Positions 27,120 through 39,983 of a stretch of 64,000 bases of DNA are shown here, piece by piece. The position numbers were made by a program, and so were the translations under genes. The first letter of the stretch is position 1; each line of letters opens with the position of its first letter. Origin of the DNA: Lingula anatina (Eukaryota > Animalia > Brachiopoda); assembly GCA_051362555.1 (NCBI GenBank), contig CM120641.1:25426401-25490400 (forward strand), written 5' to 3'. The notes beneath the pieces are model-generated. The model was not told the DNA's origin, did not search any database, and saw only the letters and a list, made by a program, of their open reading frames with translations.

Positions 27120-27270
27120 ACCGCTGAAATATCGAGCGGTTATAACTTGGCCCTCGCAAAATTTTGTTTATTGTTTGGTATGGTATTCAACATGGAAAGT
27201 TCCCAGCATTCAATAGTGTAAACTTCCTGTTAATTGTGTTAGATGTGACGCAGTGGATGTGACGTATCAT
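27120..27270 (-). promoter_or_regulatory. Putative IFT43 proximal promoter
   Basis: Immediately upstream of the ATG at 27111. ETS-like ACTTCCTG at ~27222, two CRE-like TGACG at ~27246 and ~27260, and more CpG than the flanks. Confidence 0.45.
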
Positions 27271-27455
27271 ACCCTGATACCTGGGTCAATATATGTATTT
27301 TTTTCCAGCACCAAATTATGGATTCTCTGACATGATCTATCAAGTCCATAATTGGGTATATTAAACAACGGGGTACGTACAGTAAAATAAAGATAACATT
27401 AACCTTCACATACTTCATACTCAACCGATGATCCTATTAATGCTACAGGAGACAC

Positions 27456-27508
<53 letters not shown>
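27456..27508. repeat. poly(A) + (TA)n tract
   Basis: Direct reading. Confidence 0.95.
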
Positions 27509-27509
<1 letters not shown>

Positions 27510-29094
27510 CTTGCCCTATTTAAAGGATTTAGTTATTATGTTTATAGTAAAACATTGAAAAACATTTCAAGTTATATATTTTTATTCAGTTACTGCATGC
27601 CTTCCAATGATATAATATAATATACACATTATAGATAAAGAAAGCAAGTTATACTGCTGTATTATTAAACAAAAGGCTAAGTGATATTTTATTAAAATAT
27701 AATGGATAAAACTTGCCAAATATATCTATCATACTACTACACAATGATAAACTCGTGGAAGTTGGGATTACTGAATTTACAGTAGCAATCCTGTCAGACT
27801 GGCAACAGATACAACCTGTTACATTTTGATAATTACTCCTATGTGGTGCCTATTGAACACGATCTTCTGAAATCATCTCTATCTGTGAAACTTGAAATAT
27901 TTGTAGAGTAGTGAATAGATGTTAACACATGCGTTCCTAACTTTAAAAAATCAAAAGATGCGAAAAAAGCTGAAATAAGATCTCTAAGGTCTAAATCTAA
28001 TTTCTACAAGAATGAAAATAATTTCTGATCAGATTTAAATAGAGCAATTTCTGACAAACTGCTATAATTATGCATTCATACACTTAGTGAAATTGGACAT
28101 TATAGCTTGAGGTACCTAAATCACTGACTCAACAGCAAGAAACATTCCCTTTAACCCAAATAATTTTCTAAATTAAAGCACATAACCCCTTCCTATTAAT
28201 TAATCTAAGGCTCACCAGAACTACATTTCAGACTGAAAACTTCAGCCAGTTCAACGACAAACTATATAAATACTACAGAGTAGGGCTTCCTACAAGGAAC
28301 CTGAAATCTTTCAAATGCTACTCTTACTCAACTCATTTTTTTTACATACACAAATACTCACAAGTTCAACTTTGTAAACTAAAACTAAGAGATTTCACCA
28401 AGTATCTAGAGGCTACTTTCTTGGGCTTAAGGGAAACGTGACAGACCATCTTTGTTAACATCAATTCAGCAAAAAATAAATAAGCACTGTATGGCATGAG
28501 AATATGCTTAATTACCACCACTGTGTTCTTATAGAAAATTTGTCTCCATAACAAGACTAAGAAAAACATCCCCACAAAGAAGTTTGCATTTCAATGTGCA
28601 GCTACTGCAGTTATTGCAAGTATGGTCATGATGTTTTCTTTAAGATGCAATATTCAACTCGCAATTAAAATCTAAAAAAGAAAAAAAAATTTGGGTTTTT
28701 GATTGAGAATATTAGTTAAATAAATGTAAGTTCTGTCAGAAATTGGCATTTCACTCTGTTTAAATCAAGTTTAGCATCACCTTCAATCTTTAATTCTGAG
28801 TGCACTGAACATTTTGGTCATCTTATACCCTCACAGTTCAGATTTGACCACATGACAGTGCCATCTCAACACAAATTTTCTACTCAATATTTATTTCCAC
28901 TTTGATACCAGCACCCATGGACATAGGGGAAGTTCAGAAAAATTCTTCAATCAATCACTGAATAAGATTCACAATTTCTCCATTGTTACACATCTCTATC
29001 GTTTGACATCACACACCAGCTAGGAGGAGATACTTCAGCTGTTTTTTTGTTTTTTTTTACCCAAATCATCAATTCATCTAGGATGTGGCTGTTA

Positions 29095-32000
29095 TCACAG
29101 ACTTTCATCGCTCTCCACAGCCTGGAGCTGGACATCATCAGTGTCCATTGAGCTGTCCTGGACACCAGAGGCCACTGCTGGGTGACCAACATCAACTGAA
29201 AACAATCAAACATAGTACTTCATATCCACAGGTACAGAAACGGTGACTACTTAGGGATCTAACGGATATTTTAAAATCAGGCATACATTTAAGAAGGTTG
29301 ATCTTGTTCATCAATTATATCAAGTTTTAATATTCCAACTGAATGAAAAGATTTATGTTGTTATAGGTGGAGCAAGAAAACTAAGAATAACTGACAGACA
29401 CCAAGGTTCATCAGCATCCTTTTGATCCCTGCCCTGTTCCTTAAAAAATAATTCAAACATCCTGGCAAAGGAGGTAGGAGTTGGAAAGTGAGAATAAATC
29501 AAGTCTAACTCAAACAAACAGCATCCTTTTCAGAACAAGGTTCTAATCTCTATTTTTTACCTTTAGATATCCTAAAGATACGTACCTGCCTCACTGGTAT
29601 CTGCCAGTTCCTCCTCCGTCACATATCTCTTGTCTATGGCTTCTTTAATCTGGTTGTTAGCACCCTTGGGGTCCAGGTCCATTGCCCAGGAAAAATTCAT
29701 TAGGGCCAGGTGGGTATTGCCCAACTTTTTGTGAACCTAGGAAATGATAAAGTATATACACAAATAAAAGACATGCCAACTATGTTATGCTAGACCCACT
29801 GTAACATTTGGCAAAAACAAATTTTAATTTGACTTTTAATTTAATAAATATACATATATTTTTTGCAAAATTCATCTTTGAAAATGCTAACTGTAAGCTA
29901 TAACTGGGCATTTGGTTAAAAGAAACCTTCATACAATGAGCAAAGTTATATGTCAAGTCTTTTTTGTTCCATACTTATACATTGCAACATTTCTAAACAA
30001 CTATTTGAGTTGATTGGTGTCCTTAGTCCACAAACCAAGTATATTTCCACAACTAACACTGCCATCATTTAAACAAATACAAAATTCTTACCAGTTTAAA
30101 TATACAGGTTGTCACCACTAGAGATAATTTTTTGTAAAATGTACCATCCAAGCTTCAAGATATCTCAGTCTGATGCAAACAGTAATGCAAATGTTATGCT
30201 TTTTTATTAATATTTTTAAAAAATCACCCCAACTACTTACTTTTCCTATAAGAAAGTACACTAAAGATTCTCGAGGTACAATCTGTTTAAGCTCTTCTAA
30301 TTCAGCTAATGCTTCCTGAAATTGAGACAAAAATATTTTATTCCTATAAAACATAACTGCTTATCCTTGGCCTGGAAAAGAAAAAAGCTCAATTAAAATT
30401 TTATTAATATCAAACATATTCAGGTAACATATCAGTCATTACCAAAGCTAACAAGCCAAATCAACCAACAAATCATCTCAATTTTAAACGTTTCAGGGGT
30501 TTCAAACTTCATATTGCCCATCTTCACCAAACAATGATTTTAATGAAGCAGGGGAGTAAATGAAACAGTATCACATGCATGAAATATATATATAATCTTC
30601 AATATAACCCTTTCTAAAAAATATCCTACTTAAAACACTTCCAACCTACCACAAAAATCAATAAAATTTCTTTCCAGATGGTTAAATCAGTCTTCACATC
30701 GACATGGGTTCCCACATTTCTCTTTATTTTCCCAAACTTTTTTCATTTCTAACACATTCAGCTCAGGCAAGCTCAACATGCCAGTAGTGCAATCTTTGGT
30801 ACATTTCCACCTGTCATCCTCCATATATCCCACCCCCAGGGCAGCCAACCATATCCCCATGGAAACATCCTCTCCCTGGTATGTTTTCAACATGTGACTG
30901 TTGCTATACAACCAATAAACAAGATCTGCTGACACGACACTGCCTGAACCACAGGCAAAGCTAGGGTAAACAGGGGCAGTGTAATCGAGCTCTGCCCACT
31001 TCCCAGCCCTCTCTACTATCCAGTCTTCTCTAAAGTTACCCCACCACAGTTTCTCCTGTCCCCTAAACTCCGCCTGATTAAGCTGTCTGTACACACTTTC
31101 AATATCTACATAACAGTCATCATCAGTTTTCATGGCAAATCTAAACTGCACATTGTCAGTCATCCATGCCCAGGTGTGTAGTAGCTTGTTTGGAAGGTTA
31201 CGATAGGTATCTAATACATCCACAAACACAAGGTCGTGGTGCTTCTCTGCTTCCTGAATCAATTGTGCCTCTACAGAACCAAGGTGTGCCTTCCATGTGG
31301 CACACCTCTGATCTCTCTGGGCTACATGTTCCTTCACATTCTCTGGGGTATAGACCTGATAACCCATGGAGACCAGAGACACTGCTGGTCTTCCATACAG
31401 ATCAAATATTGTAACACTGATTACATTCTGAGCTTTAGGAACACGACTCGTGCCTGGGAAGAAGATATTGTCTTTAATGCCCTCTTCTTCTTGTATTCTT
31501 ATAATACCTTCAAAATCTTTTGGTAATAGAAAAGGCTCAACATTTCTGTACACATAACCGTCTACTGTACTATAAGAGTGAATCTCTTCATATTGGAATG
31601 TAGTGTTGACTACTACTTCTTCAGTGTCAGCACTCAGCAAAGCCACTGAGATTTCCTCTTTCTTGTTGAAAGAATCCTCTAAAATACCAAGTTTGTTCAA
31701 GGCAACGGGTACATGAACATGGAATGAAATTTCATGTGCAGATAAAGATTCTCTGGGATTGTGCTGTTCATTAACATTATATGACAGGGCATATTTCTCC
31801 TCATCTGTAGCTATTTCCTCAGTTAAATTCATATCTCGACAAGAGAACTGATCCATGCGATCATCAGGATGAACATTACAGTCTTTCTGCCCAACAGAAA
31901 ATCTGACAAGGACTTCATCTTCAAGGTGTTTTGTGGTCTGAAGCCAAGCTTCCCTGATTGTTTGTCTTTGTAAAAAATTCTCTCTTGCTGACAAAATAAC

Positions 32001-35000
32001 CACAACGAGGTCATAGTGTGGCTTCTCTCTGGTGTCAGTGTGCAGTATGTGATACAATATCAAGCTGAGAATTCCCACTCCAACTGCCAAGCCTATTCTT
32101 TTACTAGCCATGTGGATAGATAACAACACAGGAACAGGAAGTTGTGGAGAAGCCAACTGAGCATGTGCGAGCGAGGCATTGTGGGATACGTGAACAAAAG
32201 GCCATCTACGGACAAACCATACCAAGTACTTGCCAAACAAATGAATTTCATCCAAAACACATCAATTCCAAGAACATACTTACCCTGTGTTTATCATTAG
32301 CAAACAGGATGGATGCTTTGTGGAACTTGCACAGAGGGTTCTTTGGATCTGATGCTATGGCTTTATTCAGTGTAACTAATGCATTGTCTGATTTTTGAAG
32401 ATGGTGTTGAACCTAGAATTTAGTTATTATGAAAAGTTAAAAGAAAAATCATTTCTATGTTGCAAGGGAGCAATGAAGTGAACCTATAAATAATTTCTTT
32501 AAGAATCTTTTAGTATTAACCACTTATTTACCTTATTTCATTCATTCAGAATTCAAACAAAAATATGCATAAGCAGCATAAACCAATTATTTTTTCGCTA
32601 ATTCCAAAACATAAAATTTGAAATTAAAGAAAATGGCCCTTCTTCGATAAAGATAAGAACTATTTTCTTTTTTTCTTACTCACCACTCCAATATGACATA
32701 AAAGAACTGAACTTTGTGGGTTGATGGTTAAAGCTTTCTTGAAGTGAACTTCAGCCAAACCAAACTTCTCCTGCTTATAAAATATCATTCCAACACCATA
32801 CCTAAAAAAATGTTTTCTTTTTAAATACTTGACTTTCATAAAGCTTCAACATTCATTAGATAGCAATATCACTGAGTTGGTATTTTTCAATTTAGATGAT
32901 TCTCTTAATAATGAATACTTCAACAAAATCAAAGGGTAAAAACTGTTTTCAAAGTACAAGGCTTCAGAGCATTTGAGACCTCATTTATCAAGTTTTCTTA
33001 CCAAGAATTATAATGTCTTGGATCTACTCTAATGGCATTCCTGAAGCATGACATGGCCTTGTCAAACTCCTCAGTCAACACGTACTCATGGCCCAGCAGA
33101 GTGTAGGCATAAGCAAAGCTGGGTTCCACCTGCAACAAGGAATTCACAGCCCAAATAGCCAAGGATCACTCACATAAGTCACATTTGATAAAAAAATAAA
33201 TAAAAATAATTCTTTACAAATCTGGACAGGTGTGACTGCCAATGTTGTTTTCAAGAAGCACATCTTTCAATTTATATGTGCACTGCTCCTTTGTGGTAAA
33301 TAAAACATCGAGAAAATTGCTGTAACTTTAAGTAAACACCAGCCCGACATATAAATTTCTCTCTCAGGAAATGGCTTTTCGTATTTGTATGGGTTATGTG
33401 TTATATCAAAATGTCACTCACCTGCACAGCTCTCTGGAAAAATTTGATTGCAGTGTCATGTTCCCGCTGAAGACTAAAACAGTTGCCTGCGGCACACCAC
33501 GACTGGAAAAAAAGCAATCATCAAATAGTTTATACCCTCATTTCATATTATACTACTAAATGCATCAGCATAAAGACCTTAGAGACTCCATGTGGAAAAT
33601 GGCCTTGTTTTGTTAAATGTGAAAAGATTAAGTCTACCACCTAAAGATCTGCTTGACTTGTTAATGGAAATAGTTATAAGTTTTTGTAAACATTGAGATT
33701 ATCAGCCTAGAAAATTGCTCAATCTTATTTTCAAAGGGTGTTTTCAAATAGCGATGAAACAAATCCTTAAATGAAATGGTGTAACTAAAAGATAAACTTT
33801 TCACACATTTAACAACAACCGAGTTTCAGTTTAAGCTACACATATCATAATTTACCTAAGAGAAATTTCACTATCTTCAACAAATATGTCATTAATTGGT
33901 TTAGAAACTCTTATTTCGCTAAAATAATGAAACCACATGCCTTGACTGAACCTTCATTTAGCCCAGGCACTTTACTTAAGTTACCTGTGGTGCTTCTTTA
34001 TCTAATTCTGTAAGTTCCTGAGCTAGCTTGGACAGCTGGACATCTTTCTGGAGGTGCCACAAGGTGGTGCTGTAAATTTCTAGTCCGTGGAAGTAATGTG
34101 GGGCTACTCTTCTCATGGTTTCAAACATCTTCTCTGCCTGATTAAAAAAATCAAAATCATTTTAAAAATGGTTTCAAACTGAGTAATCATTTCAATTTAA
34201 CATCTAAGAGAATCACTTTAAGTTAAAAATCAATGTATGTTATGCCTTATTTGACTGTATGTCACAGAAAAGTCTTATGCACGGTTTTTTGTTGTTTTTT
34301 TTTTTACATTTTGGTCCAACGCTAAACATACTGACTTGATTGAAAAAGGTCAAATATCTTATATTTCATACTTTTCTAATTATTTATTTATCTACTTTCA
34401 CTATTATTATTAGTCTTTTATTATAATTTTATTTCTTCATTATTTAAAATTTTTTCCCAGGTAAGTCATTGGTTTAGTCCAAAATATTGATTTGGACAGA
34501 AGGTCTAGATATTTGAATAAAATATTGTTACATAATTGTACTGCATACTGTCATACCTTTTGATATTCCGCCATCTCAAAATGCGCCCTGCCTATCTGCG
34601 CCATGACCCACCCAGTCTGATGCTGATGTGCAGGGAGAGAGCCAAACAACTCCAGTGCCCTCTGGCAGTCATATTGTGCTAACGCTAGATATGCTTTACC
34701 TAACTCTTGGAGCAGCGACATCAGACCATCTAATAAAAGAGAAGCATCAGGTACTTTTATAGTCGTGTTTTGAAAAAAGTTTTTCTGCCCAATGCAAAGA
34801 GTTACAAATAAATCATCAAGGTTTAATTCTAAATGCAAAATTTTAATCATAATAAACATCATATTTCTTCTTGATAATGAGTAATTTTGAACTTATTAAA
34901 TATATCAATCCAATGGAACATCATTTTAATAACATTGCATAATTTACTGATTTATTTTCTAGATTTACCTGTAGATTGTTTCTGCTGAGACTGTAAAGTG

Positions 35001-38000
35001 AGTGTAGCAGATTTTTGGATTTCACAGTCCTGCTTATTTTCTGATTTGTTAATCTCGTTCATTTCTTGAGTTTTTGTAGTTCTTGTTTTTGATCTTCTAG
35101 CTGGGCCTTTTGGACTAGTGAATTTTCCTCTGCCTTGACTTTTATTATTTTCCTTAGATGAAATACAAATATGATAAATGTCATATATCAAAATGTAATA
35201 ATAATAATATTCACTGCATTTTCTGGTCTCTAAGTAAAAGGAATCTTTCATCAGTGAAAATTGTTAAGTAGTACTAAATTTAGACAATGCTATTTTTAAA
35301 AAGATAATTTGAACAAGAGCACTCACCTTCACAGAATTTGAATTAGAATTAGTAAACAACCTTGAGCTTCTTCTTAGATGTGGCACATTTTGAGAGGTAT
35401 TTTGAGGTCTGAAATATGAAGTTTTCACAAATAATGATAGAATATAATCTACTTTGATAGGAGAGAAATGGAAATAAGCATCTAACTATCTGAAACATTT
35501 GATGACGTTAAAGCAATTCAACTGTAATTTAATGAAAGCAAAAACCAAATGCACTAGAGGGAAAGAAACTGGATAAAGATTATTCTAAACAATAATAAAA
35601 TATGATAATGTTTCAGTAATTTACACTTTAACTTGGCACTGATACCACAAACTGCAGTAAAGTAAAAGGTTACCCTGACTGTGGACTGGGTGTCTGGGCA
35701 TTGGTATTGCATGTTACCGACTGACTAAACACTGGTGGACGATTAGGTTCTGCTTGACTCCTAAGTGCTCCAGTCTGTGACAAAAAATGAAATACTCAGA
35801 ATAAATCCTTCATATTTTGTTAGAAAACATAATCGTCATGATAAATATGTATCAATTTTTTCCAATAATAACCCCTTTTTTCTTTCAACTTTTCGAATTT
35901 CACCTGCAAACAAACAACAGTTACTAGTCCAAGAAAAAAACATTTGCCAATTTTCTTCCAATCCCATTTTTCAAAAATTATTTTGATACTAAGTTAACAA
36001 ACCACACGTTGTTGAATTCTGCTACATCAATATGTTGTTCATCTCTACTATTATCTAGACTAATAACTATCGAGTCTCACTTTTTTGGCAGGTGCTCTCA
36101 AATCAAATCCCTGAGAATCCAAGTTGGGCTGTGGTAGTGGTGTGATGAAGGGGGAGGTACTGATGGAGAGCCCGGCAGGACTGGGAGTATCCAACGGTAG
36201 TACTCCAAAACTGAAAATTATAATTTCAACTATAATAATTAAGAATCAATTATAATTGGTCCTACTTTTTTTCAGTGTTGACTACTGTGAACTGGTTGAA
36301 GAGGAAAGATGGAAATTTGTTGTATGACAAATGTTTTGATCAAATCTTGCTGAGGTTGGCTAAGAAATGCTCCTATTCCATTCTATTTACTAGTCTGTGT
36401 TTGGTTTTTTTAGAGCTTCAAAATGAAATAATTACAATACAAGGTTACATTATGTATTTTCTAGTCTTCACGTTTTGTAATTTATAGCAATCACATTAAT
36501 AAAATGAATAATAAAGCTGATATATCAATGGCCTACCTAGGTGTAAGTGGGCTTATTGAAGCAGCCGCCCCTAGGATACTTCTCCCTGCCCTGGGCCGCG
36601 TTCTCATGCCCTTGGCAGTAATGGGAGCAGCAGGGGCAGACACCAGGCCTCCCAACCCTGGGGGATCTGGGGTGGAGAAATTTTCATCCAAACCACCGAC
36701 ATTTTCAGGAACATCATTCAGCAGCTGAAATGCCGTGTCCTGTATCAACATTAAAATACTTATATCAAAACTTCAATTTATATACTCTTTCAGACATGAC
36801 TTTGTAGTGTAAAAAAAAAAATAGTAAGAAAGGGCTTGGTGCCTTACGACCAGGGGTCTGGGGGCGATTCAAGATTAGAAAAGTGCCAAGAAAAAAAAAA
36901 CAGATTCGAAAAAAATTATGAAAGAAAGTCATATAGATATATATATATTATACTTATTACACTGTATATCTGTATGTCTATCAATCCTTTTAACGACTGA
37001 ATTAACATCCTTCTTAAAAAAACAAGCTATCATTGACTAAAATTCTTATGATAACTCTACTGATGTACATACACGTGGTACTGGAGCTGGAGTTTGTTGT
37101 TCCTGAGGATGTGGACAGTGCTGACCCTGTTGTTGTTGCTGTGGTGTGGATATGACCACTACAGGGTGGGAGTAGTTATAAATGTTGTGAGCCACTACTG
37201 TGTTGCTACTGGAAACTTTGAAAACCCTGGATGCATCTGGTTTTTCTCCTGAATTGGCATAAAATTTTAATTGACCATCTCATTTGCATCTTTTTGTTTA
37301 AACTAGTTTATTTTAGAGGTAGAACAAGAAGACGTTTTCCGCCAAAAATATTTAGCTGTATATTTTCCAGAAGAAGTTAAATAAGTGCTCTACAGAACTA
37401 GCATATTTACTTTAAACATAAAAATTCACTTAGTGATCTAAATAAATAAAGAGTATAACTATGCAACAACTATTTTTTAATTTTCCACTCACCTAAATGA
37501 CACAGTTTTTCAAAAGATGACCACATGAAAGGATTTAACTTTAAACTCTTTTGATAATAATCAGCTGCCTTGCCTTGGCGATCTGTTTTGCTATAACAAA
37601 AAGAAACAAATAATACGTAACATTCATTTCATAACACTTTGATGTCAAAGAATATATAAATTGGCCCATATGTGAATTTTATACCTGCAAAAGTTGCACA
37701 ACAGTTTTGGCAATCCTTTTTTTAATGTTACTTCTGTTAAGGTTGCCTGTGGTACCAAAACAACTGTTTTGTCAAGTTACGAAATCCTACCTGTAAATCT
37801 GAGCAAGCAGGGCTAACGCATAGCTAGCAGCATCTCCAAATTCAGCAATATATTCATCAGGAGTTTTACTTTTCATCAGAATACTACCCCCCAAAGTCAT
37901 CTCTGCCTCAGACAACCTGTAAAATATGTACTAGTAAGTAATCAAATAAAACCCTTCGTATATCATACTGTCCTGCAAGATTGATTTATATATAAAACAT

Positions 38001-39574
38001 TTATATTTAAAACACTGAACAAAAATCATTACTACTACGTGAATTTAAGTGGTCTAGATTAAAGCTGTTGAAATGATATGAATTCAACCATCTGTCAAGC
38101 CATTAAAAACAAAACAAGTAAATAAACATCACATAAAATACATTACACTTACATATAGTCAATTAAAAGAAAATGTTATGAATAAAAGATAAAAAAATGT
38201 CCAAGCCTACTTGTTTAGATCCAGGCAGCATCTTGCCATAAGATATTTACACTGGGGAGTGGGGCATCCAGTGCTTTTTAATAAAGTATAAGCCCTGATA
38301 GGTTTACCACATCTATAGTAACATGTAGCCAGGAGAAAGAGGGCTTCATCGCTGTTTACTAAACCACAATAAAGAAAAAAATGTCAATTTACAGACTTTT
38401 TCCAAGTACAGCTTTAAATCATTTTGTCAATATTGTAAAACAATGCATCAGTCATTCAGATTAACACAAAGTTATGGTGGCTTATCCAGAACTAAAACTT
38501 TCTTATTGCACACAAATTCATTTCAGTGGACACTTTTGATGAAACTCAGCTCATGTCAACATGTGTTGACTGAAGATGCTTTCATTTACCACCTGTAAAT
38601 CACTTTACCTTCTGCATATAATCTCTCTGCTAAAAATATAGCATCATGGTAGTCATAATGGTTTAATGCATGCCAAACAGCTGCCTGAAAAGTAACAACA
38701 ATATATCAACTCAGTTTACATGACATCCATTCAATTGCATTTTTACTAGATGCATTCCAAAAAAAATAAGGAAAGATAATACTAACAACTTCCTGAAAAA
38801 ATCTCCAAAATGCCACGTTACTTTTGATAGTGCTATCTTAAAAACATTCAAGTTTTGTTTGATTTCAAACAGAAAAATTGTGAGGCTTATAATTAGGGTA
38901 ATATAGGGCCAAATGAATGATTTCTATACAGTTTTTGAAATGAATGGATTTAAGTAAATCTGACATTGGTCTCCAGAAAAAGTATCAAAACCCTTTACAT
39001 CCATGTCTTAAAGATGAGTTTCACACATCTCTTCAGTTCTCATTTTATTATCAATTATATTAATGCCTGCCATCAATAACTGACTAGCTTTATTTTAAGT
39101 AAATATAAACCTACCCATCTCTTCAAGTTAACAACTACTTCTCAAAGTTAGCATTAATATATACTGTATAAACAACGTATCTCAGACAGTATTCGTTGCA
39201 AGGAGAGCATATTGCTTTTCCTCGGCTCGGTTACCTATCACATGCTGTAATTAACTGGGCTGTTTGTGTCACGTCAGTGTCCGTCACTTATTAATCACGG
39301 TGCCAATAGAAGTTGCGGAATTTCATTATTTTTATACCGATGGAGGGCATTCCGATCCACCGATTCAAAACTCGAATACGTATGAATTTATATGGTTCAT
39401 GACCGTTACTCTGTAGACTCCGCAGTTCGAAAAGTTGCTACACTTATGTTATGATTTAGATCAGCTGAGAGAATGTTCCAGGAAATTTGACAAGACGGAT
39501 CAAGTTCAATTATAAACTTTACTGTGAGGGATCATATGAAAATAACCCACCTGTACAGGCTCCAGAACAACCAT
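29095..39574 (-). CDS. CDC27: Cell division cycle protein 27 (APC3), ~20 coding exons
   Basis: Starts MVVLEPVQ|AAVWHALNHYDYHDAIFLAERLYAE (39574-39551, 38684-38609). TPR exons YSTTLWHLQKD (~33985-34137), FSLQREHDTAIKFFQRA (~33422-33502), FAYAYTLLGHEY (~33002-33129), EELKQIVPRESLVYFLIGK (30315-30241) and THLALMNFSWAMDLDPKG (~29587-29736). Last exon 29195-29095 ends AVESDESL*. Confidence 0.96.
30687..32111 (-). CDS. B3GALNT2: UDP-GalNAc:beta-1,3-N-acetylgalactosaminyltransferase 2 (GT31), single coding exon nested in a CDC27 intron
   Basis: Uninterrupted ORF. First in-frame ATG at 32111 gives 474 aa with an N-terminal type II TM anchor (IGLAVGVGILSLILY). Motifs YDLVVVILSAR, KTDDDCYVD, WGNFR...GKW.E..Y...YP.FACGSG and YQGEDVSMGIW. 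Confidence 0.92.
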   Translation of the reverse strand: MASKRIGLAVGVGILSLILYHILHTDTREKPHYDLVVVILSARENFLQRQTIREAWLQTTKHLEDEVLVRFSVGQKDCNVHPDDRMDQFSCRDMNLTEEIATDEEKYALSYNVNEQHNPRESLSAHEISFHVHVPVALNKLGILEDSFNKKEEISVALLSADTEEVVVNTTFQYEEIHSYSTVDGYVYRNVEPFLLPKDFEGIIRIQEEEGIKDNIFFPGTSRVPKAQNVISVTIFDLYGRPAVSLVSMGYQVYTPENVKEHVAQRDQRCATWKAHLGSVEAQLIQEAEKHHDLVFVDVLDTYRNLPNKLLHTWAWMTDNVQFRFAMKTDDDCYVDIESVYRQLNQAEFRGQEKLWWGNFREDWIVERAGKWAELDYTAPVYPSFACGSGSVVSADLVYWLYSNSHMLKTYQGEDVSMGIWLAALGVGYMEDDRWKCTKDCTTGMLSLPELNVLEMKKVWENKEKCGNPCRCED

Positions 39575-39983
39575 GGTTCGCTGTGTATCCTCTCAATTAA
39601 ATAATATCCCCTTTTGAGTCCTGCACCAGCAGTTAATTTAGGTACAAGTTTACTTTCTTGCAACGGCCATTGTAGATAAATGTCGTATAGGCTAATGCAA
39701 GATACAAATTTGCAAAATGACCTTCACCCTGGGGTACTTAAAACGCCCATTTGAAATATAATTCGATATATTTTCCAAACTGCTTGGCAGTCGAAAAGCA
39801 AATACATACTTCATGTAAGGTCTGATTTCAAGTTATAAGTATTAAGTGCAATTTAAAATAATTTCAAGAAATTATCGGTACAGTGCACAGGGGCCCTGAC
39901 CAACGCGCGGCTACTGCTATCGGCAACTTTCCACATGTGAAGTTCCGTCTGGTACTTTTGATCGTGAAAAGATAACTGAGAAA
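39575..39983. promoter_or_regulatory. Bidirectional promoter region between CDC27 and FARSB
   Basis: Divergent ATGs 409 bp apart. CpG-enriched. YY1-like CGGCCATTG at ~39664. Confidence 0.75.

Noticed and set aside
27000-27270. RFX X-box expected in the ciliary IFT43 promoter
   Set aside because: No convincing GTTNCCATGGNAAC match seen. The best X-box-like site (42896-42910) lies in a FARSB intron and may be chance.
32112-32255. 48-aa N-terminal extension of B3GALNT2 from a TTG start, or CDC27-B3GALNT2 fusion by intron retention
   Set aside because: The start is non-ATG, the ATG at 32111 gives normal type II topology, and the retained intron hits TGA 12 codons after the CDC27 donor.
13287-39574. 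Operon-like same-strand run CDC27-B3GALNT2-IFT43-JMJD4
   Set aside because: IFT43 has its own promoter-like motifs and JMJD4 appears to have its own first exon. No sequence evidence for trans-splicing.
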